Shown here in pieces: positions 9,674 to 19,768 of a stretch of DNA of 64,000 nucleotides; the first letter of the stretch is position 1; each line of letters starts with the position of its first letter. Source of the stretch: Ignavibacteriota bacterium (lineage in GTDB: Bacteria > Bacteroidota > Ignavibacteria > UBA10030); assembly GCA_963701295.1 (NCBI GenBank), contig OY969585.1, positions 768,001 through 832,000 of the forward strand. The letters run 5' to 3'. The position numbers and the translations under genes are program-made. Below the pieces are notes generated by a model, which ran no database searches, had not been told where the DNA came from, and saw only the letters and a program-made list of their open reading frames with translations.

Positions 9674-10437
9674 AAATCAGAGCGATGATCGTCGATGACG
9701 AACCTCTTGCGCGAGAGAGAATTAGGCAATTGTTGAATGATGAGCGCGGTATTACTGTTGTAGCTGAGTGTTGCAACGGCTTAGAGGCAATTGCACTACT
9801 TGAAAGACGTCGAGTTGACTTAATGTTTTTAGATATACAAATGCCTGAGCTGGATGGATTCGGAGTCCTGGAGGCACTTGATCTCCACAATATGCCTGCT
9901 GTGATTTTTGTGACGGCGTACGATAAATTTGCCCTTAGAGCATTCGAGGTACATGCTCTTGATTACCTTTTGAAACCGATTGACCGCTCTCGGTTTGCAC
10001 AATCGCTTGTACGAGCACGCAAGGAAATTCTTCATCCTAGTGAAATGAAAATGAATAAACATCTCCTTGCGCTTTTAGACGATCTGCGAGCAGAGCAACG
10101 ATTTCTCGAACGGCTTGTAATTAAAACTAGAAAAAGAGTGTTCTTTGTTCTGGTTTCGGAAATAGACTATGTGATAACTCAAGGAAATTACTTAAAAATC
10201 AACGTTCACGGTAAATCCCATTTGTTACGTGGTACGATGAGTCGTCTTGAAAGCAAACTTGACCCGAAACAATTTATTCGGATTCACCGTTCGACACTCG
10301 TTAATATAGGTCAATTACTGGAATTGCAGCCATACCGTAAAGATGAAGTCCTTGCGATCATGAAGGACGGAAAGAGTATTCCGGTAAGTCGTAGATATCA
10401 CCAACAAATTTTATCGCTGATTAGTGATCTTTCCTGA
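9670..10437 (+). CDS. LytTR family response regulator
   Basis: Receiver domain (DDE, LDIQMP, TAYD, KP) plus LytTR domain (FIRIHRS, IPVSRRY). Confidence 0.95.
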   Translation: MKIRAMIVDDEPLARERIRQLLNDERGITVVAECCNGLEAIALLERRRVDLMFLDIQMPELDGFGVLEALDLHNMPAVIFVTAYDKFALRAFEVHALDYLLKPIDRSRFAQSLVRARKEILHPSEMKMNKHLLALLDDLRAEQRFLERLVIKTRKRVFFVLVSEIDYVITQGNYLKINVHGKSHLLRGTMSRLESKLDPKQFIRIHRSTLVNIGQLLELQPYRKDEVLAIMKDGKSIPVSRRYHQQILSLISDLS

Positions 10438-10508
10438 TTATTCTTCCCTTTGTTGTCGTAACTTCCTGCGCTTAAACATTTTAATTATTTCATCCATACT
10501 AGAACCTG

Positions 10509-10540
10509 CCGTTCATCACTAAAAGGGCACCGTTCATCAC
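10509..10540 (+). promoter_or_regulatory. Putative LytTR binding site (direct repeat)
   Basis: Perfect 11-bp direct repeat CCGTTCATCAC at 10509 and 10530 (21-bp period), resembling the AlgR/AgrA-type site. Confidence 0.75.
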
Positions 10541-10620
10541 AGAAGTATTTCATCAGAAGGTGAATATTGTATTTTATGAAAGGTGTTAAACTATGTATCA
10601 AAAACAACATGGAGAATTTA

Positions 10621-12039
10621 ATGAAAAAGACATCTGTGGTTTACCTTTTGTTGGTAGTAATAATCCTCTCTTCGTTTACATTTGCAAATATTCGGAATGT
10701 TCCTGGTGATTATCTGAAAATTCAATCCGCAATCAATGCTTCATCGAATGGTGATACTGTTGCCGTGTATCCGGGGACGTATTATGAGAACGTGATTTTA
10801 CGTGGAAAGAAGATCGTTTTAACCAGTCGCTTTTACGAAACGGGCGATGTTCATTTTATTCCATCAACAATCATCAACGGAAGTCAACCAGTAAATGTGG
10901 ATACCGCCAGTTGTGTACTTGTCATTAACGGCGAAGATTCTACCGCGGTACTTCAAGGGTTCACCTTGACAGGCGGTCAAGGGACGGTCTGGCGTGATCG
11001 ACATATTGGCGGCAATTATCGGGAAGGGGGAGGAATATTAATTGATGGAGCATCTCCAACCATTCGCTATAATAGAATTATCAGCAATCAAGCTATGAAC
11101 AAGAGTGGTGTCAGTAGTGCAGGAGGTGGAGCAATTCGAGCTGATGGAGGGACGCCGCGAATTCTCAATAATGTCATCGCATATAACACAGGACATTACG
11201 GTGCTGGGATTGTTTTCAATTTCTGCGGAGGTATTGTTCGAAATAATATTATCTATAAAAATACTGGCGGTTCGGATTTCGGAGGTTCAGGTGTATGGGC
11301 TTATTCGAATGGTCCCTCTCCGATCATACTTGAGAATAATACCATTGTTGGGAATCAGTCATCAACGTATGGTGGAGGACTTCTCGTTTGGTCTACCTCG
11401 ATGACAGTGCGGAATACAATTCTCTGGGGCAATACTTCTTCAACCGATCCACAAATACATTTGATTGGTGGAACTGTCAATGTAAGTTATTGTGATGTTC
11501 AAGGTGGATATGCAGGTAAAGTGGTAATCAATCAAGATCCATTATTTGCCGATACTACTAGTTTTATTCTGAATGATACTTCGCCTTGTATCGACGCAGG
11601 AGATAGCAGTGTATTTTATAATGATCCGGAAAACGTCTCGAACCAAGGAATAGCACTTCCTCCTTCAAAAGGTGCTGTTCGTAATGATATGGGTGCCTAT
11701 GGCGGACCAGAAGCGGCATTGTTTCCGGATTTTAGTTTACCAACAGGAGTTGGTTCACATAGGAATTATATTCCGACTGCTTTTTCTCTTCAACAAAACT
11801 ATCCTAATCCGTTTAATCCTTCAACAATAATTCAATTTGCACTTCAAAAAAGAGAATTCGTTCGATTGAGAATCATGAGTATTACAGGTCAAGAAATTGA
11901 AACACTTGTAAATAGTGAAATAGAGGCGGGATCCCATAGTGTGGTCTGGAACGCTTCAGCATATTCCAGTGGCATATACTTTTATCAAGTAGAAACACGA
12001 AACTATCATGAAACAAAGAAGATGATTTTACTGCGTTAG
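10621..12039 (+). CDS. Secreted right-handed beta-helix (pectin-lyase-fold) protein with T9SS type A sorting domain
   Basis: Signal peptide, VPGDY..IQSAI...GD.V.V.PGTY.E, GGG/NN repeats, QNYPNPFNP...KKMILLR. Confidence 0.88.
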   Translation: MKKTSVVYLLLVVIILSSFTFANIRNVPGDYLKIQSAINASSNGDTVAVYPGTYYENVILRGKKIVLTSRFYETGDVHFIPSTIINGSQPVNVDTASCVLVINGEDSTAVLQGFTLTGGQGTVWRDRHIGGNYREGGGILIDGASPTIRYNRIISNQAMNKSGVSSAGGGAIRADGGTPRILNNVIAYNTGHYGAGIVFNFCGGIVRNNIIYKNTGGSDFGGSGVWAYSNGPSPIILENNTIVGNQSSTYGGGLLVWSTSMTVRNTILWGNTSSTDPQIHLIGGTVNVSYCDVQGGYAGKVVINQDPLFADTTSFILNDTSPCIDAGDSSVFYNDPENVSNQGIALPPSKGAVRNDMGAYGGPEAALFPDFSLPTGVGSHRNYIPTAFSLQQNYPNPFNPSTIIQFALQKREFVRLRIMSITGQEIETLVNSEIEAGSHSVVWNASAYSSGIYFYQVETRNYHETKKMILLR

Positions 12040-12166
12040 CGGTGCGAGGAACCATTATCAGTAATTTCGATTGCAAAGGAATTAAATTTTCGGGAATAGA
12101 TGCATAAGAGAATCAAACATTTCAAATGATGTATTAGCAATCAAAACAACTAAAATGGAGATTGAT

Positions 12167-13165
12167 ATGAAATATTTACGGTGTCAGGTTTTTATGTTTT
12201 TCTTTTACATTATTTTCACAGGAATAGGAAGATGCGAAATAGGTTCTAATTCTGATTCGCTTAAATATCTGGGACACGCAAGCATAAAAATTAAAACCTC
12301 GGAAGGGAAAGTAATCTATATTGACCCATATGCAGGTACTGACTACGCCGACTCAGCAGATATCGTTCTCATCACGCATGAACATAGCGATCACAATGTG
12401 CTCACTCTCGTGAGACAAAAGGTAACTTGCCAAGTTATTCGCAGCGCGGATGCAATGAAAATCGGTGTCTACCAAAGCTTTACAATTGGAACCATCAAGA
12501 TTACAGCTGTCGCAGCGTACAATAATCAACCACGTAATCTCTCTTATCATTTGAAAAGTCAATGTGTTGGATATGTTCTTGAGTTCGATGGCATCAAACT
12601 TTATCACGCTGGCGACACTGGAAACATTCCAGAGATGGCAGATCTTGCCAGTCAGAATATTACTTATGCTCTTTTGCCAATGGATAGCATCTATACAATG
12701 TCACCAGCAGAAGCAACACAAGCTGCAACAATGATCCAAGCAAAACACGATATTCCGATTCACACAATGCCTCTACCAGATACATATAGCGATGCTATGG
12801 TGTCACGATTTACTTCGCCTCATAAATTGGTTGTTCACCCCGGTGAGATTATTGCGTTGAACGCAAACACAACCTCTGTTAAAGGGACTTCCGCAATTCC
12901 ACTCATGCACATTCTCAAACAGAATTATCCTAATCCATTTAATCCAGGTACACAATTTGAATTCACTCTTATTACATCTTCTTTTGTATCGTTGACAGTA
13001 TTTGATATATTAGGGAAAAAGGTCGCAACATTGATTTCAGAGAAAATGTCAGCAGGAGACCATTCATTATACTGGAATGCGAGTAGTATCCCAAGCGGCA
13101 TGTATTTTTACCGATTGGAGGTGGGGAATAATGTTGAAACAAAAAAGTTGGTCATGATCAAATGA
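12167..13165 (+). CDS. Secreted MBL-fold metallo-hydrolase with T9SS type A sorting domain
   Basis: THEHSDH, HAGDT, PIH motifs; QNYPNPFNP...KKLVMIK; GGAG RBS before ATG 12167. Confidence 0.88.
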   Translation: MKYLRCQVFMFFFYIIFTGIGRCEIGSNSDSLKYLGHASIKIKTSEGKVIYIDPYAGTDYADSADIVLITHEHSDHNVLTLVRQKVTCQVIRSADAMKIGVYQSFTIGTIKITAVAAYNNQPRNLSYHLKSQCVGYVLEFDGIKLYHAGDTGNIPEMADLASQNITYALLPMDSIYTMSPAEATQAATMIQAKHDIPIHTMPLPDTYSDAMVSRFTSPHKLVVHPGEIIALNANTTSVKGTSAIPLMHILKQNYPNPFNPGTQFEFTLITSSFVSLTVFDILGKKVATLISEKMSAGDHSLYWNASSIPSGMYFYRLEVGNNVETKKLVMIK

Positions 13166-13274
13166 ATTTAGATAATCAAATGTTCATGAGGAGACATTTA
13201 TAAAAATTTAATAAAGAGAGCAAAAAGGACATTGTATGGCACTTAGGTGTTACTGGTCTTGATTAGTATATAGT

Positions 13275-13901
13275 CTAATCCAGATACTCTTCTTTCACCA
13301 GTCCGCGCTCCTTAGCGTAATCGTAGAGCTTCTCTTCCAACATCTTTCTGCCTCGATGAAGCCGTGAGCGAACAGTTCCGATAGGACAATTGAGAAATTC
13401 AGAAATTTCGTCATACATCAATCCTTCAATATCACATAAGATAACTACAGTGCGAAAATCTTCCGGCAGCGATTGTAGCGCTTCTGTCACTTCATCGCTC
13501 AGCATATTGCTGTACATTCTCTTTTGAAGGTCATTGGAATCTGTGCTGTCATCGCGGATTAAATCATAAAAATTTTCAACGTCGTCATAATCCACCATTC
13601 CCGGCTCACGCGTTTCTTTCCGATACCGGTTGATGTAAGTATTTTTCATAATGCGGAAAAGCCATGCGCGGATGTTGGTTCCTTTCTCGTACTTATCCCA
13701 GAAGCGGAACGCTTTCATGAAGGTTTCTTGCAGCAAATCATGCGCATCATCCTTGTCGCCCGTAGTACGTAATGCAAAATTAAATAAAATATCCTTGTGT
13801 GGAAATGCCTCCGTTTCAAATTCTTTCTGTCGTTTGAGCAATGCTTTAGAGACAGCCGGTACAGACAAGTGGTTTGGAAGTTTGCGAGCCATGCCATTCA
13901 C
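13275..13901 (-). CDS. ECF RNA polymerase sigma factor (SigH/SigR-like); start 13901 (GTG) or 13892 (ATG)
   Basis: DAHDLLQETFMKA, AWLFRIMKNTYIN, GTVRSRLHRGR. Confidence 0.93.
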   Translation of the reverse strand: MNGMARKLPNHLSVPAVSKALLKRQKEFETEAFPHKDILFNFALRTTGDKDDAHDLLQETFMKAFRFWDKYEKGTNIRAWLFRIMKNTYINRYRKETREPGMVDYDDVENFYDLIRDDSTDSNDLQKRMYSNMLSDEVTEALQSLPEDFRTVVILCDIEGLMYDEISEFLNCPIGTVRSRLHRGRKMLEEKLYDYAKERGLVKEEYLD

Positions 13902-15094
13902 ATTCGCTTCAAGAGTAACCCTACTTTGTCCATTGAGAGTGGATAGTCCATTTTAATGAGATCAGCATCTAACTTAGCACCGTTGGCATTGACTTCCTTC
14001 TCCAGTGCCGTGAATGCATTGAGATCGCCGATTTCCACGATCGCCGCATAATTAATTGTTTGACCTGTCGTAGTATTCATGCGTATGTCAAAGTTAATTC
14101 CAATATCGACTCTGGTAGAAACGATCTGATCTGATATTTTAAGTACCGCATTTCGAATGATATAGTCGTACCCTAATTTCAAATTGAATGGAATTTGCTC
14201 GTACATAGCAACATCTACTTTACTGATTTCTCCCGTGGCAATCGCATACAAGGTTACCAACAAACCGATACAATTGAGCTTGCGAATATAAAATTTATTG
14301 GGATCCCCGCGCCATCCGCCAGATTCTATCAGCACTGTGCTTGTTCCCCACTTCTGAATGTTGTCACCAAACGCGGTTGGAGAGAATGTATCGTCCCACT
14401 TCGCAAGATATTCAGGAATAAAAAGATTCAATACCTGAGCAACGGTCGAAGCGACTCTCTTTGCCCGCAGCCGTACCGGATTGTCTCCGCGCGATTCATC
14501 TGCAGCCGGAGCAAGCAATGCAATGGCAGTAATTTTCCGTGTTGTCCCAACCGTATACCTTGGTTCCTGATCATGAAGATTGAATCCATATTCCGGTTGA
14601 TATTTATCGCGTGTATTTTTTAGAATCTTTGCTTCCGGTGTTGCCAATGCCAATGCATCGCGATTCATGTCTATCATCTGAGCAGTGCGGCGGATAAAAC
14701 GGTCGGCCCCATCCGGATTGAGCATCGGAATCACCAATAGTGTGAGTTTCTCGCGGATGGTTTTTGTTGCGATGTGTTCCGGATTCTTTGCAAAGAAACT
14801 GAAGATGTCTATGAGCGCCATCGTTGCCGTTGGTTCATCGCCATGCATTTGAGACCAAAGCATTACTTTTGCAGAACCATCTCCTACGCTATAGAGGGCA
14901 ATTTCTTTTCCTTCGGCAGATGTGCCCAATACAGATTTTCTAAAGAGATGCTGATTTTTAAATGGATGCAGCCATTGCAGCATTTCTACCTGTGTGAAGC
15001 GGCTGGACACAATATTGCTTGCTTTAAAGAAGTCGTACGAATCGAATAATTCGCACGCAAGGCTTTGTATTGTTGACTGAAAAAATGTTGTCAT
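13898..15094 (-). CDS. M14 family zinc carboxypeptidase
   Basis: HGDE, NPDG, DMNRD, NLHDQ, IESGG. Confidence 0.88.
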   Translation of the reverse strand: MTTFFQSTIQSLACELFDSYDFFKASNIVSSRFTQVEMLQWLHPFKNQHLFRKSVLGTSAEGKEIALYSVGDGSAKVMLWSQMHGDEPTATMALIDIFSFFAKNPEHIATKTIREKLTLLVIPMLNPDGADRFIRRTAQMIDMNRDALALATPEAKILKNTRDKYQPEYGFNLHDQEPRYTVGTTRKITAIALLAPAADESRGDNPVRLRAKRVASTVAQVLNLFIPEYLAKWDDTFSPTAFGDNIQKWGTSTVLIESGGWRGDPNKFYIRKLNCIGLLVTLYAIATGEISKVDVAMYEQIPFNLKLGYDYIIRNAVLKISDQIVSTRVDIGINFDIRMNTTTGQTINYAAIVEIGDLNAFTALEKEVNANGAKLDADLIKMDYPLSMDKVGLLLKRM

Positions 15095-15358
15095 TTCGGG
15101 AACTATTTTCCGAGAGATAGTTTATTTTAAAGTTTCTCTATCAATAAGATAGTGCATTCTTTCGTTCTTTGCACGGATTATTTTACTCCTACCCTCGTAG
15201 GCGGTCCATTCCATCATAGATTTGCCGAGAGACGTCTTTTAAATTGTGGGGTTAATAAGATTTTGAGAAGATAAGTAGTGAAACCCCTGCACCGTTAAGT
15301 GGAACGGCTTATTAAAAAATATTTTCAAACAATAAATACTTTGCTGGCGGACTAATTA

Positions 15359-16279
15359 TCAAAACGTCATCGACAATGTTGCACCTGTTCCTATCGGTGT
15401 GATGTTGGGAAGAATATGTACTTTCAATCGACCATCACCCGATTCCATTACCGGCACTCCTTCTGGATGCGCAGCGAGCATACCAAAGTAATACCCGATA
15501 GACAACCCAAGTGGATAATCGCTCACCCAGTGAATACCATTGCTTAGCATTCCAAGTCCGACAAGTGTTGTAAATATGTACCCTGCAGGGCGAATCCATT
15601 TTACATCGGGATAGTTTTCAGCGATCACGATTACTGTTGCTATGGAAGTACAAATATGTCCGGAGGGATATGCATCGAAGCATGGAACATGCCGATGATA
15701 ATCGATTTGGTTAGGAAGTATCTTCCATACACCGGTTGGTGTTGAGCGCACAAATGGACTTTCACGACCGGTGACATGTTTGAGTAGTTGAACAACTGCA
15801 CCAGAGGCGAGTACAGCTTGTACGATTTGGCTTCCAGTTTGCAACGATTTTTGATCTTTGAACATAAGACCGTACGCACCCATCGCTCCAGCAAGCGCAA
15901 ATTGTGTGGTACCATCACCGATGTTTGCACAGAAATCGCTCCACTTTTTTGCCTCAGGAGAACTATTGTAAAACCGTGCTGCCGGAGTGTACGTAATGTC
16001 ATCGGTAAAAAATGTTGCAAGTGTCAATCCGCCGATGACAATCCATTCGTTCGCTCGTTCTTTCCGAAAGGAAATATCGTACCATCTGCCCCAGTCACGC
16101 GGGATATTCTCAAACATGGTATACCAACGAAAATCATTTTGATTGACTTCATTTCGCAGCTGAGTCGTATCTGATGCAACCGGCTCTTGTGTGACTTGTG
16201 CTTTAACGATATCAAACGCGAAGATTATAATCACTACTATTATTCCAAGAAGAATGAATTGTTTCACTTTCGTCCTCAA
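15359..16279 (-). CDS. PAP2 family phosphatase-like protein with degenerate active-site arginines
   Basis: KHVTGRESP, YPSGH, HWVSD; signal peptide (VKA-Q); C-terminal strand ending in Phe. Confidence 0.8.
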   Translation of the reverse strand: MRTKVKQFILLGIIVVIIIFAFDIVKAQVTQEPVASDTTQLRNEVNQNDFRWYTMFENIPRDWGRWYDISFRKERANEWIVIGGLTLATFFTDDITYTPAARFYNSSPEAKKWSDFCANIGDGTTQFALAGAMGAYGLMFKDQKSLQTGSQIVQAVLASGAVVQLLKHVTGRESPFVRSTPTGVWKILPNQIDYHRHVPCFDAYPSGHICTSIATVIVIAENYPDVKWIRPAGYIFTTLVGLGMLSNGIHWVSDYPLGLSIGYYFGMLAAHPEGVPVMESGDGRLKVHILPNITPIGTGATLSMTF

Positions 16280-17077
16280 AATTTTACACTAAGAAGAAGA
16301 CCATATTGGTGTTCATCTGCTTGTGGTAAGAGAGAAATACTGCTTGAACCATAATTTAATTTTTCTACTAACCGTGCCCCGTAGTGACCGATGATAGCGC
16401 CAACAAAGCAATCACTTAACCAGTGAGTCCGCTCCATCACTCTGCTGATTGCAACACATGAAGCCAGAGAATAGCACGTATAGGAAACCCACGGCTCTGA
16501 ATAAAAATCAGAAATGGTTGTGGCTGCCGCAAATGCTGTCGTTGTATGCCCGGATGGAAATGAATCGAATGCAGCAAGTCCTCGGTTTCCTCTTTTGTGC
16601 ATATCGAAGTAAGCAAATGGCCCATGCCAGAAACCGCCTGGCCGTGTTGCATCGCTCGGCCGTTCACGTCCGCAGAGATACTTGAAGAGTTGAACAGAAA
16701 TTCCAGTTAAGAGGAATGACTCAAAACCAATCTTTCCGACCTCACACGCTTTTGCATCCGTGAAAATCAATCCATACCCGACAAACCCGCCAAACAATCC
16801 CACGGAAAAAGATCCATCGCCAAGATTCGTAATTATGGGGCTAATTTTTTTCACTGACGGATTGCTCATCTTCCACCTGTAAAGATCGTCGTAGATCTGC
16901 TGATCGGTACTGAAACATCACAGCAGTCATGAGCACTGCACTACCAACGCCGACATAGACCCAGGTTTGAGAAGAGCAAGAAGAATCCGTCCTTAGTTGT
17001 GTTACGGATTGGGCAAAGGTTGATGGTGCGAGATACAGCACAAGTAGAATTGCGATTACGGATATTCTGTCAGGCAA
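16276..17077 (-). pseudogene. PAP2 family phosphatase split by a +1 frameshift near 16906 (pseudogene or sequencing error)
   Basis: Removing one base joins ORF 16841-17077 (signal peptide) to ORF 16276-16869: ...MFQY|DQQIYDDLYRWKMSNP...; intact K..GRERP, PSGH, SR.....HWLSD. Confidence 0.8.
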
Positions 17078-17188
17078 AACGATTTCCTGAATTAATGATC
17101 ACATAGTTGCAGCAGTCGAGGATATCTCTACAACACGCTATGTGTGTATCCAATATGGCAGGAAATGTTCTTCCGGTCAAATACGATT

Positions 17189-19720
17189 TTAAAATTCTAC
17201 TTCTATGCCTCCAACCGGGAAGAATGCGAATTGATATACAGTCTCGATCGTTCCATCGCTGCGGTATTCGTAATAAAATACATTCTTGTGGTTCAGAACA
17301 TTCATTAATGCTATATAGACATTGATATTCCAGTTTTTCATGTAGAAGCGGCTAATCCACTGGATATCGAGGCGACTGTAGTTGGGATATCGCTCGCCGT
17401 TGATATCATTTTTATCTGATTCCCATGCCCCTTTTGACCATTGCATTCCGCCTTCCCAATTTTGAATATATGGAGTGAACGTTTGCCGTGTATACACTCC
17501 CCCAGTCTGATACCGGTACTTTATACTGATTTCCATTTCATTAGAAAACGGCAAGATATAGAATGGATATTTGATGAAGAACGGCTGTTTGTCAAACCAT
17601 GAACGAGCCCCTTTTACAATTTTTCCACCAACCAAATTTATTATCACTGGATAATCATACTGTGATGGGTACGTGTTCCCTTCCCTGCCGATGCGAGGGT
17701 CGTCATCAGTTGTCTTAGAAAGGGAGATACTGATTGTGCCATAGTAATTGGTTACCTGCTTTTTCTGCAGAAGAAATTCCAATCCATACGAACGCCGCGT
17801 GCCTATTGCAAGGTTTCTATCAGTCCAGTTTGTGTCAATCAACGAATGGACGTACGTTTCTTCCACGCTAATATTGGAGAACTTCTTATCATACGTTTCC
17901 ACACTCAGTTTCACACCATCATCCAAAATATGCTGCAGTCCAAGGACAACATGCTGTGATCTGGCATTCGCTAACTCTTTATTATATCCAACATTTTGTC
18001 GATCAGCGTAATCCGGCAATGGCTGTGTTTGCCAGTAATCGCCTGCTGAAAGCGAAAGTGTAGTTGTCACTGGAATGAGATCATACGCAATACTTCCACG
18101 CGGGCTGAATTGCCCTTGTTTGGAATAAGTAAAGTAATCATAGCGAATACCGAGCGTTACATTCAAACGCGGTGTTATACGATATTTATCGCTGAGGTAT
18201 GCAAACAGTTTGCTTGCATCGCCAAACTTGAGAGAATTAAGAATATTGCCATCAGGTGAGCTTGTATATATGTAAGATGTATCAGCTGGACTTTGAGTAT
18301 TAATCTTATAGCGTGTCTGATTTCCTAAAAATGTTGTCGTTCCCATCCAATGGTTCGTCGTTTGAATCTGTGCACCTGCCAAGAGATCGTGCTGAGGATG
18401 AATTTTATAAAACACATCATACTTCAGCGCGTAGAAGGCTTCGTCATTGTGCTCATTAAAGGCATTGCGAGGATTTCCTAGTGTCTGGGATGTATCTACG
18501 TTTCCCTGATGATCATAGACACTACGCATAAAATTATCCTGCACATCTACATTATACTGATTACCGACTGTATAGAGCGAAAGAACTGAGTATCCCTCTT
18601 TTCCCCACAAACTCTTTAGATTTATGCCTAGAACATACTGCTTATTGTGTTCATCCACATTTTCCAGACTCGAGAAAACAGTTGAATCAGCGCGAAGCGG
18701 GTCGTTCTGTTTTGGATCGCCTTTAATATAGATACGGCTGTCTCCATAAAGACCGTTCAGCGTGAGTTTTTGTGTTGGAGAAAGATCGTATACGATTTTT
18801 GCCTGTGTATCCCAATATTTGGGAATCGCTGTCAATGAGATAACAGACAAGCCAAACAATTTGTCTATAACTTCCAGCAAACTCTGGCGCGCGGAGAAAA
18901 TCCACGAACCCTTTCCATCTGCTAATTTTCCCTCCATTAGCGTACCGATACCCGCCATATTGAAACCGGTGTTGGAAGCAAAACCTTTGTTCCGGTCACC
19001 TTCCCGAATTGAAATATCCATAACCGATGACATCTTATCGCCATACTGCGCCGGAAATCCTCCTGCAGAAAACTGGACATCTTCGACAAGATCGATGTTT
19101 ATCATGTTAATAGGGCCGGCAGAATTAAATTCATTTGGATAATGATTGATCGAAGGAATTTCCATGCTTTCCATTACCGTTAGATTTTCGTACGGTGCAC
19201 CGCCTCGGACAATCAACTCGTTGACATTATCATTGGAACTTGCTATACCGGGTAGGTTCTGCACGACACGCTGAACATCCATTACAGAACCGGGCTGACG
19301 TTTCACTTCTGCGCGATCGTAATTGTTCACACTTAACGGACTTAATTCATTGTTGCGGCTGAAGTATGTCGCGTTTACCATCACACTGTCAACCTGCACC
19401 GCCTGTTCGTTTAGCTTGATGGAGACTTTCGTACTACGTCCTGTTGTCACAACAATGTTAGTTAGAATGATGGCTTCATATCCAACAAGAGTTGCTTTCA
19501 GACGGTACGTGCCGACCTCAATTCCTTTGATATTGAAGTTTCCGGAAGTGTCCGTGACCGCGCCATAGGTTGGCTGTTCCACAACTTGTATATTAACGAT
19601 CGGTAGCGGTTCCCACGTCTTCGCGTCGATAACAAATCCAGTTATGTCTCCTTTATACTGCTGAGCAAGAACTGTCAGTGAACAAAATGAAAGAAGAATA
19701 TTGAAGTAGATGAATTTCAT
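17189..19720 (-). CDS. TonB-dependent receptor with N-terminal carboxypeptidase-regulatory-like domain
   Basis: Signal peptide, G.VIDAKT.EPL domain, plug (LPGI, VRGG..YEN, GGFPAQYGD), NVLNHKN, C-terminal Phe. Confidence 0.92.
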   Translation of the reverse strand: MKFIYFNILLSFCSLTVLAQQYKGDITGFVIDAKTWEPLPIVNIQVVEQPTYGAVTDTSGNFNIKGIEVGTYRLKATLVGYEAIILTNIVVTTGRSTKVSIKLNEQAVQVDSVMVNATYFSRNNELSPLSVNNYDRAEVKRQPGSVMDVQRVVQNLPGIASSNDNVNELIVRGGAPYENLTVMESMEIPSINHYPNEFNSAGPINMINIDLVEDVQFSAGGFPAQYGDKMSSVMDISIREGDRNKGFASNTGFNMAGIGTLMEGKLADGKGSWIFSARQSLLEVIDKLFGLSVISLTAIPKYWDTQAKIVYDLSPTQKLTLNGLYGDSRIYIKGDPKQNDPLRADSTVFSSLENVDEHNKQYVLGINLKSLWGKEGYSVLSLYTVGNQYNVDVQDNFMRSVYDHQGNVDTSQTLGNPRNAFNEHNDEAFYALKYDVFYKIHPQHDLLAGAQIQTTNHWMGTTTFLGNQTRYKINTQSPADTSYIYTSSPDGNILNSLKFGDASKLFAYLSDKYRITPRLNVTLGIRYDYFTYSKQGQFSPRGSIAYDLIPVTTTLSLSAGDYWQTQPLPDYADRQNVGYNKELANARSQHVVLGLQHILDDGVKLSVETYDKKFSNISVEETYVHSLIDTNWTDRNLAIGTRRSYGLEFLLQKKQVTNYYGTISISLSKTTDDDPRIGREGNTYPSQYDYPVIINLVGGKIVKGARSWFDKQPFFIKYPFYILPFSNEMEISIKYRYQTGGVYTRQTFTPYIQNWEGGMQWSKGAWESDKNDINGERYPNYSRLDIQWISRFYMKNWNINVYIALMNVLNHKNVFYYEYRSDGTIETVYQFAFFPVGGIEVEF

Positions 19721-19746
19721 AGAAATCTCTCATAATAATAATAACC

Positions 19747-19768
19747 ACCTCGGAGCAAGCTTCGAGGT
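19747..19768. repeat. REP/IS200-IS605-end-like palindrome
   Basis: ACCTCGGAGC-AA-GCTTCGAGGT hairpin followed by ATTC; a related half-site AGCTGTGGGGTATTTAACC lies at about 19866. Confidence 0.5.

Noticed and set aside
15095-15358. Short hairpins (CCTAC-cctc-GTAGG, CCGTT-aagtgg-AACGG) as a possible riboswitch
   Set aside because: No match by eye to c-di-GMP, fluoride, TPP, SAM or cobalamin consensus; an Infernal search would be needed.
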